Assembly: GCA_031411335.1 (NCBI GenBank) | Contig: JANOAX010000170.1 | Location: 2,306-66,305 of the forward strand | Direction: 5' to 3' | Length of the DNA stretch: 64,000 nt | Source: Bacteroidota bacterium | Lineage (GTDB): Bacteria > Bacteroidota > Bacteroidia > AKYH767-A > OLB10 | Shown: piece after piece, positions 49,458 through 59,427 of the stretch | Layout of the letters: every line of letters starts with the position of its first letter | How positions within the stretch are numbered: position 1 is the first letter of the stretch | Position numbers and translations under genes: made by a program | Notes under the pieces: generated by a model | What the model was told of the DNA's origin: nothing | Database searches by the model: none | What the model saw: only the letters and a program-made list of their open reading frames with translations

Positions 49458-49575
49458 AGGCAGATCTTGGTATGTTATCCAGAATAAACTGAATACTTTT
49501 TAATTTAGTATAGGATTGCAAATATAACGATTGAAACAAGCGGTCGAAAGCCTGAACTTTGCGATATTTGCACAT

Positions 49576-50451
49576 ATGCCGATTCTTAAAGCCCGAAGGA
49601 AAAAAATAGTTAAGAATTTACGCAACAAATTCAGGCTGGTTGTCATGAACGACCAGACATTAGAGGAGAAATTCGCCTTGCGACTCACTCCTATGAATAT
49701 TATTGTTTTTGGTGGCACTTTCGCTCTGAGCTTGATTACACTTACTTTATACTTAATTGCTTTCACACCGTTACGTGAATATATCCCCGGTTATACGGAT
49801 GTGAATATTCGTCGTAATTTACTCACGGTTAGCTTAAAAGCTGACTCGCTTGATAATCAGATGAATGCTCAGAACAAGTATTTGGCGAATTTACTTAATG
49901 TATTGAACGACAAGATAGATACAACTTCTTATAATCCCTCTACAAATAGTCTCGGATACGCTGATTCAATCCGTAAATTGGATAAATCAGAGTCGGATTC
50001 TCTATTACGCATGCAAATGGAAGGGTCGGATCGTTTTGAATTAGAAGAAACAACCGAAAAGTCGTTTTCTACTGGTATAGGAAGTATCGCTTTTTTTACG
50101 CCCCTAAAAGGAACCATCACCACTAAGTTTAATACGGTTCAAAAACATTTTGGAATTGATATCGTGGCCGGTGCCAATGAAGTGATTAAATCGGCTATGG
50201 ATGGAACGGTTATCATGTCGAATTTTACGAGTGAAACAGGCTATGTAATCGGCATCCAACACAATAATAATATTTTTACTTTGTATAAGCATAATTCGGC
50301 CCTTTTAAAACGAATTGGCGATCATGTTAAAGCAGGAGAAGTAGTAGCCATCATTGGAAATACAGGCGAGTTTAGTACGGGTCCACACCTCCATTTTGAA
50401 CTTTGGTATAATGGTAGTCCAGTAAATCCTCTCGATTTTATTAATTTTTAA
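49576..50451 (+). CDS. M23-family (LytM-like) metallopeptidase
   Basis: FGIDIVAGANEVIKSAMDGTV...GNTGEFSTGPHLHFELWYNGSPVNP gives the HxxxD and HxH zinc motifs of M23 peptidases. The N-terminal ...LRNKFRLVVMNDQTLEEKF is conserved in this family. Start moved to the ATG at 49576; the track ORF starts at 49531. Confidence 0.75.
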   Translation: MPILKARRKKIVKNLRNKFRLVVMNDQTLEEKFALRLTPMNIIVFGGTFALSLITLTLYLIAFTPLREYIPGYTDVNIRRNLLTVSLKADSLDNQMNAQNKYLANLLNVLNDKIDTTSYNPSTNSLGYADSIRKLDKSESDSLLRMQMEGSDRFELEETTEKSFSTGIGSIAFFTPLKGTITTKFNTVQKHFGIDIVAGANEVIKSAMDGTVIMSNFTSETGYVIGIQHNNNIFTLYKHNSALLKRIGDHVKAGEVVAIIGNTGEFSTGPHLHFELWYNGSPVNPLDFINF

Positions 50452-50571
50452 TTTAACGAAAGGTTTTATAAGGGTTTCTTATTCAATCATCTTACCTTCT
50501 TGTCAATTTTATTGTTCATAGACAATATTTTTAAGCAGATTTCATTAATAGTCTAACCATAATTTTGTGAC

Positions 50572-53079
50572 GTGAGTAAACGGAAAAGAATTTTAATCAT
50601 TATTGCTTCCACTATAGGTGGTTTGCTGATGGTCTTGTTGGCCATTGGATGGTTTCTCGGTCCTAAAATTAAAGACATGGCTGTGGAACAAATCAATGCG
50701 AATCTCACCGTTCCTGTTCAAGTGGGTGACATTGACTTCTCTCTCTTGCGCAAATTTCCTTACGCCAGTGTTAATTTTCAAGAGGTAATGACAAAAGGAA
50801 AAAAAACTGTTGGAAATCAAGAACCATTATTGGTTGCAAAAAATGTGTTCCTGCTATTTTCTTGGTGGGATGTTTTTTCAGATGATGTGCGATTGAAAAG
50901 TATTAGTATCGAACATGCATCATGTAATCTTTTTGTAGATAAAAATGGAGATGAAAATTACGACATCTTTAAGAAATCAGAAAACAAAAGCAGCACATTC
51001 AATTTACAACTTCAAGAAATTATTTTGAAAGAAACCAATATTCGATATCATACTATTCAAACAGCGCGCGACTATTCTTTTTTTGCTGAGAACATGAATT
51101 GGAAAGGACAATTTACGAGCGATATTTATAATTTGAGTGGAAGCGGAAATTTGATGGTGGAGCGTTTTCAAACCAATGGTGTGAATTATATTCATCATAA
51201 AGAAACGACCATCGATCTAAATATCCATATTGATCGTCAACGTAAATTGTATGAAATAAAAGAGAGTTCTTTGAAAGTTGCAGCGTTGGAGTTTGGGGTA
51301 GATGGGTTTTTCCGCGATGAGAAAGCATCTACTTTTATGGATGTAAATATTAAAAGTAAAAAGGCAGGATTGAAGGAAATTTTGTCCTTGATTCCCGGTG
51401 TGTATACCGAAAAATTATCGCAGTACGATTATTCAGGAATTGTTCAGTTTGACTTGCAAGTGAAAGGACAAGTTGGCGAAAATGAATCTCCATTGATCCA
51501 TGCTCAGTTTAGTACAGAGAAAGCTTCTTTAGCTCCCAAAGGAACACCTTATGCATTGAGCAATATTTCTTTTAAAGGAAGTTACGCGAATCGAATTTCA
51601 ACGTCCCGACCTGTCGAACGATTGCAAATTGCAAATGCAAAAGGGGTGTTGGAGAATCAATCTTTTCAATTGAATTTGTTGATGGAAGATTTTGCAAATC
51701 CCTGGATAAATGTATCTGCGAAGAGTAATGTAAATTTAGAAGTGTTTAGCAAATTTTATATGCCTGATACCATGGAAGGGATGTGGGGTAGGCTTGTTGT
51801 AGATGCACAATTAAAAGGAAGAGTGAAGGAGTCGAACAGTTGGATCAGCAGTGGAAACATCGAGCTGAAAGACGCTGGATTTAAATTGAAGAAAAGCCGA
51901 GTAGAATTTTCTGGAATTCAAGGATTTATGTCGCTCGTTGGAAATCGTTTAACATTAACAGATATGCAAGGCAAAGCTGCCGGAAGCGATTTTAAAGTGG
52001 ATGGAAGCTTTGATAACGCTTATGCTTATCTGCTTTCAAAAGATGAAATGGTTCATGGTGATGCGCGTATCGTTTGTCGCAATCTGGATCTGAATGAATT
52101 GTTAGAGGATAAATCGTTGGCTGCATCTGCGGATACCACCTATCGACTTGATTTCAGACATCGTATTCGGATGAACCTGAATGTTCAAATTGGAGTGCTT
52201 TCGTTTCGAAAATTTCAAGCATGGCAACTGAAGGGACAACTCGATCTTCGCAATAAAATTTTGTACGGAAATGCGATTTCGTTTAAAGCGTTTGAAGGAA
52301 ATGTATTGATGAGTGGAGCCATGGATGCTTCACGTACCGATAGTATCCTTATTTCCTGCGATGCGCAAATGAAAAAACTAGACGTGACGGAAGTGTTTAC
52401 TCAACTTGGTAATTTCGGTCAGGAAGTGATGATGGATAAAAATGTAAAAGGGAAACTTACCGCAACTGCACAGTTTGTTTCTACATGGAGTAAAGATCTA
52501 CATTGTAATTTTAATAAAATTTATGCGCGTAGTAATATTTTAATCGAGAATGGTGAACTCTTGAACTTCGAACCCATGCTTGCGCTCTCCAAGTATTTGA
52601 AAAGTGCCGATCTGAAAAATATAAAGTTTCAAACGTTGCAAAATGAAATTGAGATCAGCAATCAAGTAATCAAAATTCCTTCGATGGAAATAAAATCGAG
52701 TGTGATGGATCTGACAGCTTCAGGTACCCATTCTTTCGAAAATATAGTCGACTACAAATTGCAACTTGATCTTTCACAAATTCTGGGACGTAAAGTAAAA
52801 GCGCAAAATTCAGAGTTCGGTACGATCGAAGATGATGGTTTGGGCCGCATGCGGATTTTCTTAAGTATGAAGGGTCCATTGGCGAATCCCAAAATTACGT
52901 ACGACCGTAAGGCCATCGAACAGAAAATTGTACAAGAAGTAAAGCAGGAAAAACAAGATTTGAAAAAGATTTTGAATAAGGAATTTGGTTGGTTTAAGAA
53001 GGATTCGGCCGTCAACAAAGCACCTGTCAATATTCCTAAGAAAAAGGAAGAACTGGAGTTGGAACTGGATGAAGAGTAG
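50572..53079 (+). CDS. AsmA-family outer-membrane biogenesis protein
   Basis: GTG start. Single N-terminal TM (ILIIIASTIGGLLMVLLAIGWFLGPKIKDMAVEQINANL), then a long beta-rich periplasmic region of 835 aa. The AsmA-like C-terminal region is GELLNFEPMLALSKYL. Confidence 0.6.
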   Translation: MSKRKRILIIIASTIGGLLMVLLAIGWFLGPKIKDMAVEQINANLTVPVQVGDIDFSLLRKFPYASVNFQEVMTKGKKTVGNQEPLLVAKNVFLLFSWWDVFSDDVRLKSISIEHASCNLFVDKNGDENYDIFKKSENKSSTFNLQLQEIILKETNIRYHTIQTARDYSFFAENMNWKGQFTSDIYNLSGSGNLMVERFQTNGVNYIHHKETTIDLNIHIDRQRKLYEIKESSLKVAALEFGVDGFFRDEKASTFMDVNIKSKKAGLKEILSLIPGVYTEKLSQYDYSGIVQFDLQVKGQVGENESPLIHAQFSTEKASLAPKGTPYALSNISFKGSYANRISTSRPVERLQIANAKGVLENQSFQLNLLMEDFANPWINVSAKSNVNLEVFSKFYMPDTMEGMWGRLVVDAQLKGRVKESNSWISSGNIELKDAGFKLKKSRVEFSGIQGFMSLVGNRLTLTDMQGKAAGSDFKVDGSFDNAYAYLLSKDEMVHGDARIVCRNLDLNELLEDKSLAASADTTYRLDFRHRIRMNLNVQIGVLSFRKFQAWQLKGQLDLRNKILYGNAISFKAFEGNVLMSGAMDASRTDSILISCDAQMKKLDVTEVFTQLGNFGQEVMMDKNVKGKLTATAQFVSTWSKDLHCNFNKIYARSNILIENGELLNFEPMLALSKYLKSADLKNIKFQTLQNEIEISNQVIKIPSMEIKSSVMDLTASGTHSFENIVDYKLQLDLSQILGRKVKAQNSEFGTIEDDGLGRMRIFLSMKGPLANPKITYDRKAIEQKIVQEVKQEKQDLKKILNKEFGWFKKDSAVNKAPVNIPKKKEELELELDEE

Positions 53080-53200
53080 TCATTCTTTTTTAAATCAATC
53101 AGTATCACATATTTCCTTCTTCATTAGCACCTCAATGTTTCGTCTTTTGAAGGTTCATCATTTGAATTAAAGCCCTATTTTTGCCCTAGATTTTGAAGTA

Positions 53201-54355
53201 GTGAATATTTACACCCGTAAGCAGCGCTGGAAATTGGTCCTTTTAATTATGGCTTTACTCATTGGAGTAGGCTCGCTGTTGTATACCAATCAGTTGGTCA
53301 AAAAGCTGTCGGAAGAAGAACGTAAGAAAGTAGAACTCTGGGCCGAAGCTACCCGCCAAATTTCCGATATCAACGCCGAACCCGGCGATATCAGCTTTGC
53401 TTTATCGGTGTTGACAGATAATAATACGGTGCCTGTCATTCTTACAGATGAAGCAAATAATATCATCTCCACTCGAAATTTGGATTCTTTGCGCTTAGAT
53501 GACACGTTGTATTTGTCGAGCGAATTGGTCATCATGAAGGAACAACATCCTTCCATTGATATTTCCTTCGCTGCCGATCAAAAGAATTTTATTTATTACA
53601 AAGATTCTTATCTCCTCACGCAATTGCGCTATTATCCTTTTTTCCAACTTGCCGTAATTGCCTTGTTTTTGATTGTTTCATACTTGGCCTTTTCAACATC
53701 GCGCAAAGCAGAGCAGAATCAGGTGTGGGTAGGAATGGCGAAGGAAACTGCACATCAGTTGGGAACACCATTGTCATCACTAATGGCCTGGTTAGAATAT
53801 TTGAAATCGAAGCCGCAGCCGGAAGAACATCTTCCCGAAATTGAAAAAGATATTGAGCGTCTCAATACAATCACCGAACGTTTTTCTAAGATTGGTTCTG
53901 CTCCAGCTTTGAAAAAGGAAAACATGACGAAGGTGATTGAAGATGCTATCGACTACATTCGTACAAGAGCTTCTTCACGAGTGAATTTTAAGCTGGAAAA
54001 TTTTCAGAACTATGATGTGGATGCTCCACTAAATGTACATTTATTCGATTGGGTACTCGAAAATCTTTTCAAAAACGCGATTGATGCCATGAGTGGTGAA
54101 GGTGAAATTAGTATTCGTATCACCGATCAAAATCAATTTGTGTACCTCGACATAAGCGATACAGGTAAGGGTGTTCCAAAGTCGAAGTACAAAACTATTT
54201 TTAAGCCAGGCTATACTAGTAAAAATCGCGGTTGGGGTTTAGGACTTTCGCTTTCAAAACGAATTGTAGAAGAGTACCATGGCGGTCAAATTTTTGTGAA
54301 GAGTTCCGAACATAACAAAGGAACTACATTTAGAATCGTGTTAAAGAAAACGTAA
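53201..54355 (+). CDS. Sensor histidine kinase (orphan)
   Basis: Two TM helices. HisKA H-box AHQLGTPLSSLMAWLEYL. HATPase_c N-box/G-boxes (NLFKNAIDAM; DTGKGVP; GWGLGLSLSKRIV). No response regulator is adjacent. Confidence 0.75.
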   Translation: MNIYTRKQRWKLVLLIMALLIGVGSLLYTNQLVKKLSEEERKKVELWAEATRQISDINAEPGDISFALSVLTDNNTVPVILTDEANNIISTRNLDSLRLDDTLYLSSELVIMKEQHPSIDISFAADQKNFIYYKDSYLLTQLRYYPFFQLAVIALFLIVSYLAFSTSRKAEQNQVWVGMAKETAHQLGTPLSSLMAWLEYLKSKPQPEEHLPEIEKDIERLNTITERFSKIGSAPALKKENMTKVIEDAIDYIRTRASSRVNFKLENFQNYDVDAPLNVHLFDWVLENLFKNAIDAMSGEGEISIRITDQNQFVYLDISDTGKGVPKSKYKTIFKPGYTSKNRGWGLGLSLSKRIVEEYHGGQIFVKSSEHNKGTTFRIVLKKT

Positions 54356-54483
54356 GCCCAATTGGATTAATATTTTAGTCCGAGATTCTTTTTTTACAAT
54401 ATCAATCATCATGTATTTAATATTTACTGCATAGGCCGAGCCGATACCTCATATTTAAATGATAGGAATAATTTATATGTAGA

Positions 54484-54548
54484 GTCAGAATAAATTCCTC
54501 CTCTCTTTTGGAGAGGAGGCTAGGAGGAGAGGCTTGAACAATAGGTCT
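54484..54548. repeat. ~65-bp hairpin-containing repeat, left copy
   Basis: cagaataaattCCTCCTCTCttttgGAGAGGAGGctaggaggagaggcttgaacaata: a 9-bp stem, 5-nt loop hairpin plus a third GAGGAG copy. It is ~93% identical to 56469-56533 and homologous, in inverse orientation, to 18838-18870. Confidence 0.85.
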
Positions 54549-54676
54549 ACTTGAATTTGTATTTAGCAAGAGACTAATACCATTCGCCTTCTTTTTTGGA
54601 AGGTTTACGGAATAGATTTTTTCTTTTGTGATTTCTCCAAAATTTATTTCTAAATTCGAAATTCAAAAATTGGTTT

Positions 54677-56434
54677 ATGAAATATATCAAATCTTTATCG
54701 CTGCTTTTTTTCACTATGTTTTGGGTGAATTTTACGCATGCACAACAGTTAAATTTCTCATGGGCAAATGCCATGGGAGCTCCAAACACGATTGGCAATG
54801 CCTCTGCCGTTGGGATTAGTATTGCTCACGATAATTTTGGAAATGTATTTTTAGCAGGTACTTTTCAAGATACAATTGATTTTGATCCAGGCGCAGGAAC
54901 TGCTTGGTTATCTTCTGTAGGAGCATATGATGTTTTTATTGCAAAATTCAATTTACAAGGAAATCTTATTTGGATAAAAGCACTAGCCGGAACTTCTATT
55001 GATGGTCCGGTTGGATTGGTTGTTGATAATAGCGGTAACCCCATTATCCTCGGGCAATTTCAGCAAACATTGGATGCAAATCCGGATCCCAATTTATCAA
55101 ATTCATTGGTGAGTTATGGCGATGAAGATGTGTTCTTAGTGAAATTGGATTCGATGGGAAATTATGTATGGTCAAAACAATTTGGTGGTGTTAATTCTGA
55201 TTATCCAACGATGCTGAGAAATGACAACTTAGGAAACCTAATTATTTCAGGAACTTTTCGTGATTCCATCGATACAGATCCTTCTGCAAATGTTCAAAAT
55301 TTGGTGAGTAGTGGTAATGTAGATGGATTTTTGTTGAAGTTAAATAATCTTGGAAATTATGTTTGGTCTAAGAAAGTAGGAGCTAATTTTGGAGATGCGA
55401 TTACAGGAATTGATGTAGATGTAAATAATAATATTTATGCCTGCGGATCATTTGTCGGCACTGTCGATTTCGACCCAGGTGTAAATGTTTTTAATTTAAC
55501 GGCTACTTCCAATACGGTAGGATCTTTTGTTTTTAAATGGGATGCGGCGGGTAATTTTGTTTTTGCAAAACCTTTTTTATCGACGACAGTAAGTGGAAAT
55601 ATTACAGCAAGTTATTTGAATTTAGATGCCACAGGAAATATATTTGTAATTGGTGATTTTAATCGACAAGTTGATTTTAATCCCGATGCAGTTGCTGTTG
55701 ATACGTTAACTTCAAGCTCGAATTCTCAAGATGTATTTCTTACTAAGTTTAGTAATGCTGGAGTGTATCAATGGACCCGAATATTTGGTAATAGTAATAT
55801 CGATTTCGCAACAGCAATTGTAAATGACGCACAAGGCAACGTTTATTTTAAAGGAGCATTTACAGGAATTATTGATATTAATCCGCATCCTGTCGATACC
55901 ATGATCTTGAATTCTGTTGGAGGAATTGGTGGTCGATCGGATTATATCTGCACATTAAATCCCGCAGGTGGATATGCCTGGGGAACAAAAGTATTTGGCT
56001 TTGTGAATGGTTACCGTGGACCTACACTGGATATCGTCCAAAATAGATTTTACCACGCTGGTCAATTTACCGGTACTGGTGATTTTGATCCAGGCCCAGG
56101 TGTGTATAATTTGTCAGGTGTGGCTGGAACAGGCACTGCCTTTTTTGTGCAATTGATTCGAACAAACGTTGGCTTGGCCGAACAATTGGAGCAACACGGA
56201 TTTTCTCTTTATCCAAATCCCACACATGATTTCTTGAACATTGTTTCAAAGGAGGAATTGCAAAACGCTCAAATTTCACTTTGTAATTTGAATGGTCAAG
56301 TGATCGCTTTGGAAAAAAATGTAAATGGTAAGAGTTTCGGTTTGCAGGTAGATGGTTTTGCAGAAGGAATGTATTTATTGCAGATTCGTTCCGAGAAATC
56401 AATTGCTACGTTAAAAGTAATCATTACTTATTAG
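54677..56434 (+). CDS. T9SS cargo protein with SBBP-like beta-propeller repeats
   Basis: Signal peptide. About 9 repeats of the form D..GN......F...IDFDPG........G..D.F(L/I).K.(N/D)..GN..W.K (SBBP/PF06739-like). C-terminal CTD: FSLYPNPTHDFLNIV...GMYLLQIRSEKSIATLKVIITY. Confidence 0.55.
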   Translation: MKYIKSLSLLFFTMFWVNFTHAQQLNFSWANAMGAPNTIGNASAVGISIAHDNFGNVFLAGTFQDTIDFDPGAGTAWLSSVGAYDVFIAKFNLQGNLIWIKALAGTSIDGPVGLVVDNSGNPIILGQFQQTLDANPDPNLSNSLVSYGDEDVFLVKLDSMGNYVWSKQFGGVNSDYPTMLRNDNLGNLIISGTFRDSIDTDPSANVQNLVSSGNVDGFLLKLNNLGNYVWSKKVGANFGDAITGIDVDVNNNIYACGSFVGTVDFDPGVNVFNLTATSNTVGSFVFKWDAAGNFVFAKPFLSTTVSGNITASYLNLDATGNIFVIGDFNRQVDFNPDAVAVDTLTSSSNSQDVFLTKFSNAGVYQWTRIFGNSNIDFATAIVNDAQGNVYFKGAFTGIIDINPHPVDTMILNSVGGIGGRSDYICTLNPAGGYAWGTKVFGFVNGYRGPTLDIVQNRFYHAGQFTGTGDFDPGPGVYNLSGVAGTGTAFFVQLIRTNVGLAEQLEQHGFSLYPNPTHDFLNIVSKEELQNAQISLCNLNGQVIALEKNVNGKSFGLQVDGFAEGMYLLQIRSEKSIATLKVIITY

Positions 56435-56468
56435 TGAGTTTTAGAAAATAAAAGTTGCTTACAAATTT

Positions 56469-56533
56469 ATAGGTAACGTCAGTATAAATTCCTCCTCTCC
56501 TTTGGAGAGGAGGCAAGGAGGAGAGGCTTAAAC
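56469..56533. repeat. ~65-bp hairpin-containing repeat, right copy
   Basis: cagtataaattCCTCCTCTCctttgGAGAGGAGGcaaggaggagaggcttaaacaata, a direct repeat of 54484-54548 that brackets the 54677..56434 gene. Confidence 0.85.
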
Positions 56534-56631
56534 AATATGGAATCGTGAATTTTTATTTGGCAATAAACTAAAGCCATTAATAATTTATATTTATCGTCTG
56601 TATAATTTCTTTTTGCGTTCTTTGTACCATC

Positions 56632-57759
56632 ATGGCAGGAATTTATTTGCATATCCCATTCTGTAAACAAGCATGTCACTATTGCGACTTTCATTTTTCT
56701 ACGTCCCAACGTGGGAGAGAGGATTTGTTAGATGCAATGTTGATGGAGTTGAAGCGGAGAGCATCCGAATTGCAAGGACAAGAAGTAAAAACCATTTATT
56801 TTGGTGGAGGTACACCGTCACTGCTTTCTTATGATGAGTTGATGCGTTTTTTTGAAGAGATGTATTCTTTGTTTACTGTAGATGCACAAGCCGAAATTAC
56901 GATGGAAGCGAATCCCGATGATTTGACAAAAACGTATTTAAAGTTATTAAAGCAATCGCCCATCAATCGCTTGAGTGTGGGTGTGCAATCGTTTCGTGAA
57001 GAAGATTTGTTAAGTATGAATCGTGCACATAATAAGGAGCAAGCTTTGTCGTGTATTCCTAACGCTGCCGACATGGGTTTCGAGAATATTTCAATGGATT
57101 TAATTTTTGGCTGGCCTAAATTGGAATTGCCCGATTGGATCAAAAATGTAGAAACTGCCCTCGCACTTCCCATCACACATCTTTCTTGTTATGGATTAAC
57201 GGTGGAATCAAAAACTGCACTAAGTTGGCAAATTATAAAGGGATTGATTGAAGTGCCCGACGATGAAAAAGCAGCACAACAATATGAATATTTACTCGCC
57301 GAAGCAGAGCGTTTGGGATTTCCGTGGTATGAGATTTCGAATTTTAGCAAGCAAGGTTTTGAATCGAAGCATAATCGTGCCTACTGGGAAGGAACTCCGT
57401 ACTTAGGAATTGGCCCCTCTGCTCATTCTTTTGATGGGGAGAAACGAAGCTGGAATGTGAAAAGCAATGGCGCTTATGTGGCAGCCTTACAAAGAGGGGA
57501 ACGTGAATTTGAAGTGGAAATTTTAACACATAAGGCGAAGTTTCATGAATTCATTTTAACATCTTTGCGTATGCGAAAAGGAATTAGCTTGAGTGCCCTG
57601 CGTACTGCCTATGGAGATGGTATTGCTGGACAATTATTGGAAGCCGCTCAGCCTTTCGTTGAAAAACGTTGGCTGATACGTGATGGGAATCAACTTCGAT
57701 TAAGTCAAGATGGATTGTTGTTCGCCGATAAAATTACTTCTGAATTATTTGTCATCTAA
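56632..57759 (+). CDS. hemW: Radical SAM heme chaperone HemW (coproporphyrinogen-III-oxidase-like)
   Basis: MAGIYLHIPFCKQACHYCDFHFS has the CxxxCxxC radical-SAM cluster motif in HemN-like context. 375 aa (HemW size, lacking the HemN N-terminal extension). C-terminal HemN_C-like region. Confidence 0.8.
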   Translation: MAGIYLHIPFCKQACHYCDFHFSTSQRGREDLLDAMLMELKRRASELQGQEVKTIYFGGGTPSLLSYDELMRFFEEMYSLFTVDAQAEITMEANPDDLTKTYLKLLKQSPINRLSVGVQSFREEDLLSMNRAHNKEQALSCIPNAADMGFENISMDLIFGWPKLELPDWIKNVETALALPITHLSCYGLTVESKTALSWQIIKGLIEVPDDEKAAQQYEYLLAEAERLGFPWYEISNFSKQGFESKHNRAYWEGTPYLGIGPSAHSFDGEKRSWNVKSNGAYVAALQRGEREFEVEILTHKAKFHEFILTSLRMRKGISLSALRTAYGDGIAGQLLEAAQPFVEKRWLIRDGNQLRLSQDGLLFADKITSELFVI

Positions 57760-57762
57760 ACT

Positions 57763-58512
57763 ATGAAAGTTTCAGTTACGCATAAGAATAATTCTTACCA
57801 AGTGGATCTCTCAAAACCGATGGATATTTGTATTCCATTCGAAGCAGGAGAAGGACATGTGATCGCTTGGTATCAAGGTCCAGTGAAGATGGAACCCGTT
57901 CGAATGGGTGATTGGGTTGGATCTGTGAAGGAAGGAGCAGGTGTGAATTTCAATAATATTTTTTTTAATCCCCATGCACACGGAACACATACAGAAACGG
58001 TCGGACATATTTCTAAAGAAGTAGAATCCATCAATACGCATTTCAAGGAATATTTTTGTTTCGCCAATTTAGTTTCAATACAACCCGAAAAGAGAGAGGA
58101 TGATTTAGTAATTACACTTGATCAAGTAAAAAGTGCTTGCAGTGAACCTGCCGACTCATTCATCATACGTACTTTGCCCAATGATAGAAATAAGCTTTCT
58201 AAAAATTATTCCAGTTCTAATCCGCCCTACCTAGAAGATGCTGCTGCAACCTGGCTTCGTGAGCAAGGCGTTCGTCATTTAATGATTGATTTGCCTTCTG
58301 TGGATCGGGAAGAGGACGGAGGAAAATTATTAGCACATCATGCGTTTTGGAATCATCCGCAAGCAACACGCTTGGATGCTACCATTACTGAATTGGTTTT
58401 TGTTGCTGATGAAATCAATGACGGATTGTATTTTATGAATTTACAGGTTGCTCCCTTCGTAAATGATGCAGCTCCTTCTCGTCCACTCTTATTCGAGTTA
58501 ATAAAAGTATAA
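57763..58512 (+). CDS. Putative cyclase-family protein (kynurenine-formamidase-like fold)
   Basis: NPHAHGTHTETVGH resembles the cyclase HxGTHxDxPxH metal motif. LMIDLPSVD resembles the family's IGIDTPSVD. Confidence 0.45.
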   Translation: MKVSVTHKNNSYQVDLSKPMDICIPFEAGEGHVIAWYQGPVKMEPVRMGDWVGSVKEGAGVNFNNIFFNPHAHGTHTETVGHISKEVESINTHFKEYFCFANLVSIQPEKREDDLVITLDQVKSACSEPADSFIIRTLPNDRNKLSKNYSSSNPPYLEDAAATWLREQGVRHLMIDLPSVDREEDGGKLLAHHAFWNHPQATRLDATITELVFVADEINDGLYFMNLQVAPFVNDAAPSRPLLFELIKV

Positions 58513-58514
58513 AT

Positions 58515-58976
58515 ATGAAAAATATAATATTATTGTTCAGCATCACTTCTGTATTATTAGTTTCTTCCTGTAAGAATGAGCCTAAAAAAGAAGGCAAAGA
58601 AGAAAAGAAGGAAATCAACATCACTAAAAAAGTAAAACCAGGTGATGCGCGAGAAGCAGATGAAAATCTTAAAATTGTAGATGATTTTTATGTGGCCATC
58701 ACCGCACGTGATTCTGCACAACTCATCAATTGTCTAGATGAAGATTGTAAAATGTATGGAACAGATCCCAGCGAAGATTGGAATTTGGATCAGATAAAAA
58801 CATACATCTCAGAAAAGGCAAAAGATATCTCTACTAAAACTGTTTTTAAAGTTAAGAAGCGATCGGTACATATCATCAATGATTTGATGTATGTGGTGGA
58901 TGTGTTGGATGTAAGCACTACCGCAGTTCCTTTTCGATGTGTGACCATCACGAAGAAATCGAAAGATGGAGATTGA
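58515..58976 (+). CDS. Hypothetical lipoprotein
   Basis: Lipoprotein signal ...LLVSSCKNEPKK. 153 aa. No confident family. Confidence 0.35.
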   Translation: MKNIILLFSITSVLLVSSCKNEPKKEGKEEKKEINITKKVKPGDAREADENLKIVDDFYVAITARDSAQLINCLDEDCKMYGTDPSEDWNLDQIKTYISEKAKDISTKTVFKVKKRSVHIINDLMYVVDVLDVSTTAVPFRCVTITKKSKDGD

Positions 58977-59076
58977 ATCATGATGGCTGAATTTTCTGCA
59001 CTTGTGAAAAATGAGGACATGGCAAAAGTGGCTGAGTTTTTTAAGGCAAAATAAAATTGAAAACGAACTCGAAAAA

Positions 59077-59427
59077 ATGAAAAAAATATATCATTCCAGT
59101 ACTTGCACCACCAACCAACGAATTCTTAAGGAAATAAAGCCGAAGAAGGACGTGATCATGCAAGATATAAAAACCGAAGCCATCACTCCTGCGCAAATCG
59201 ACGAAATGAAAAAGTTGGCGGGATCTTATGAGGCTTTGTTTAGCAGAATAGCATTGAAGTATCGTTCGATGGGATTAAATGAAAAAGTATTGACAGAAAA
59301 GGATTATCGAAAATTAATTTTAAGCGAGTATACATTTTTAAAGCGCCCCGTGATGATTGTGGATGATGTAATTTTTATTGGCAATACGAAAAAGGTAGTA
59401 GAAAGTGCGAAGCAAGCCATGAAATGA
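59077..59427 (+). CDS. ArsC/Spx/YffB-family protein (thioredoxin-fold, arsenate-reductase-like)
   Basis: MKKIYHSSTCTTNQRIL matches the family N-terminal IY.....C...R.A motif with a single Cys. 116 aa from the internal ATG; the track ORF starts at 59011. Confidence 0.5.
   Translation: MKKIYHSSTCTTNQRILKEIKPKKDVIMQDIKTEAITPAQIDEMKKLAGSYEALFSRIALKYRSMGLNEKVLTEKDYRKLILSEYTFLKRPVMIVDDVIFIGNTKKVVESAKQAMK

Noticed and set aside
58979-59053. 24-codon mini-ORF (MMAEFSALVKNEDMAKVAEFFKAK) between the lipoprotein gene and the ArsC-family gene
   Set aside because: It is too short to support without conservation or expression data. It could be a leader peptide, but I cannot substantiate that from sequence alone.
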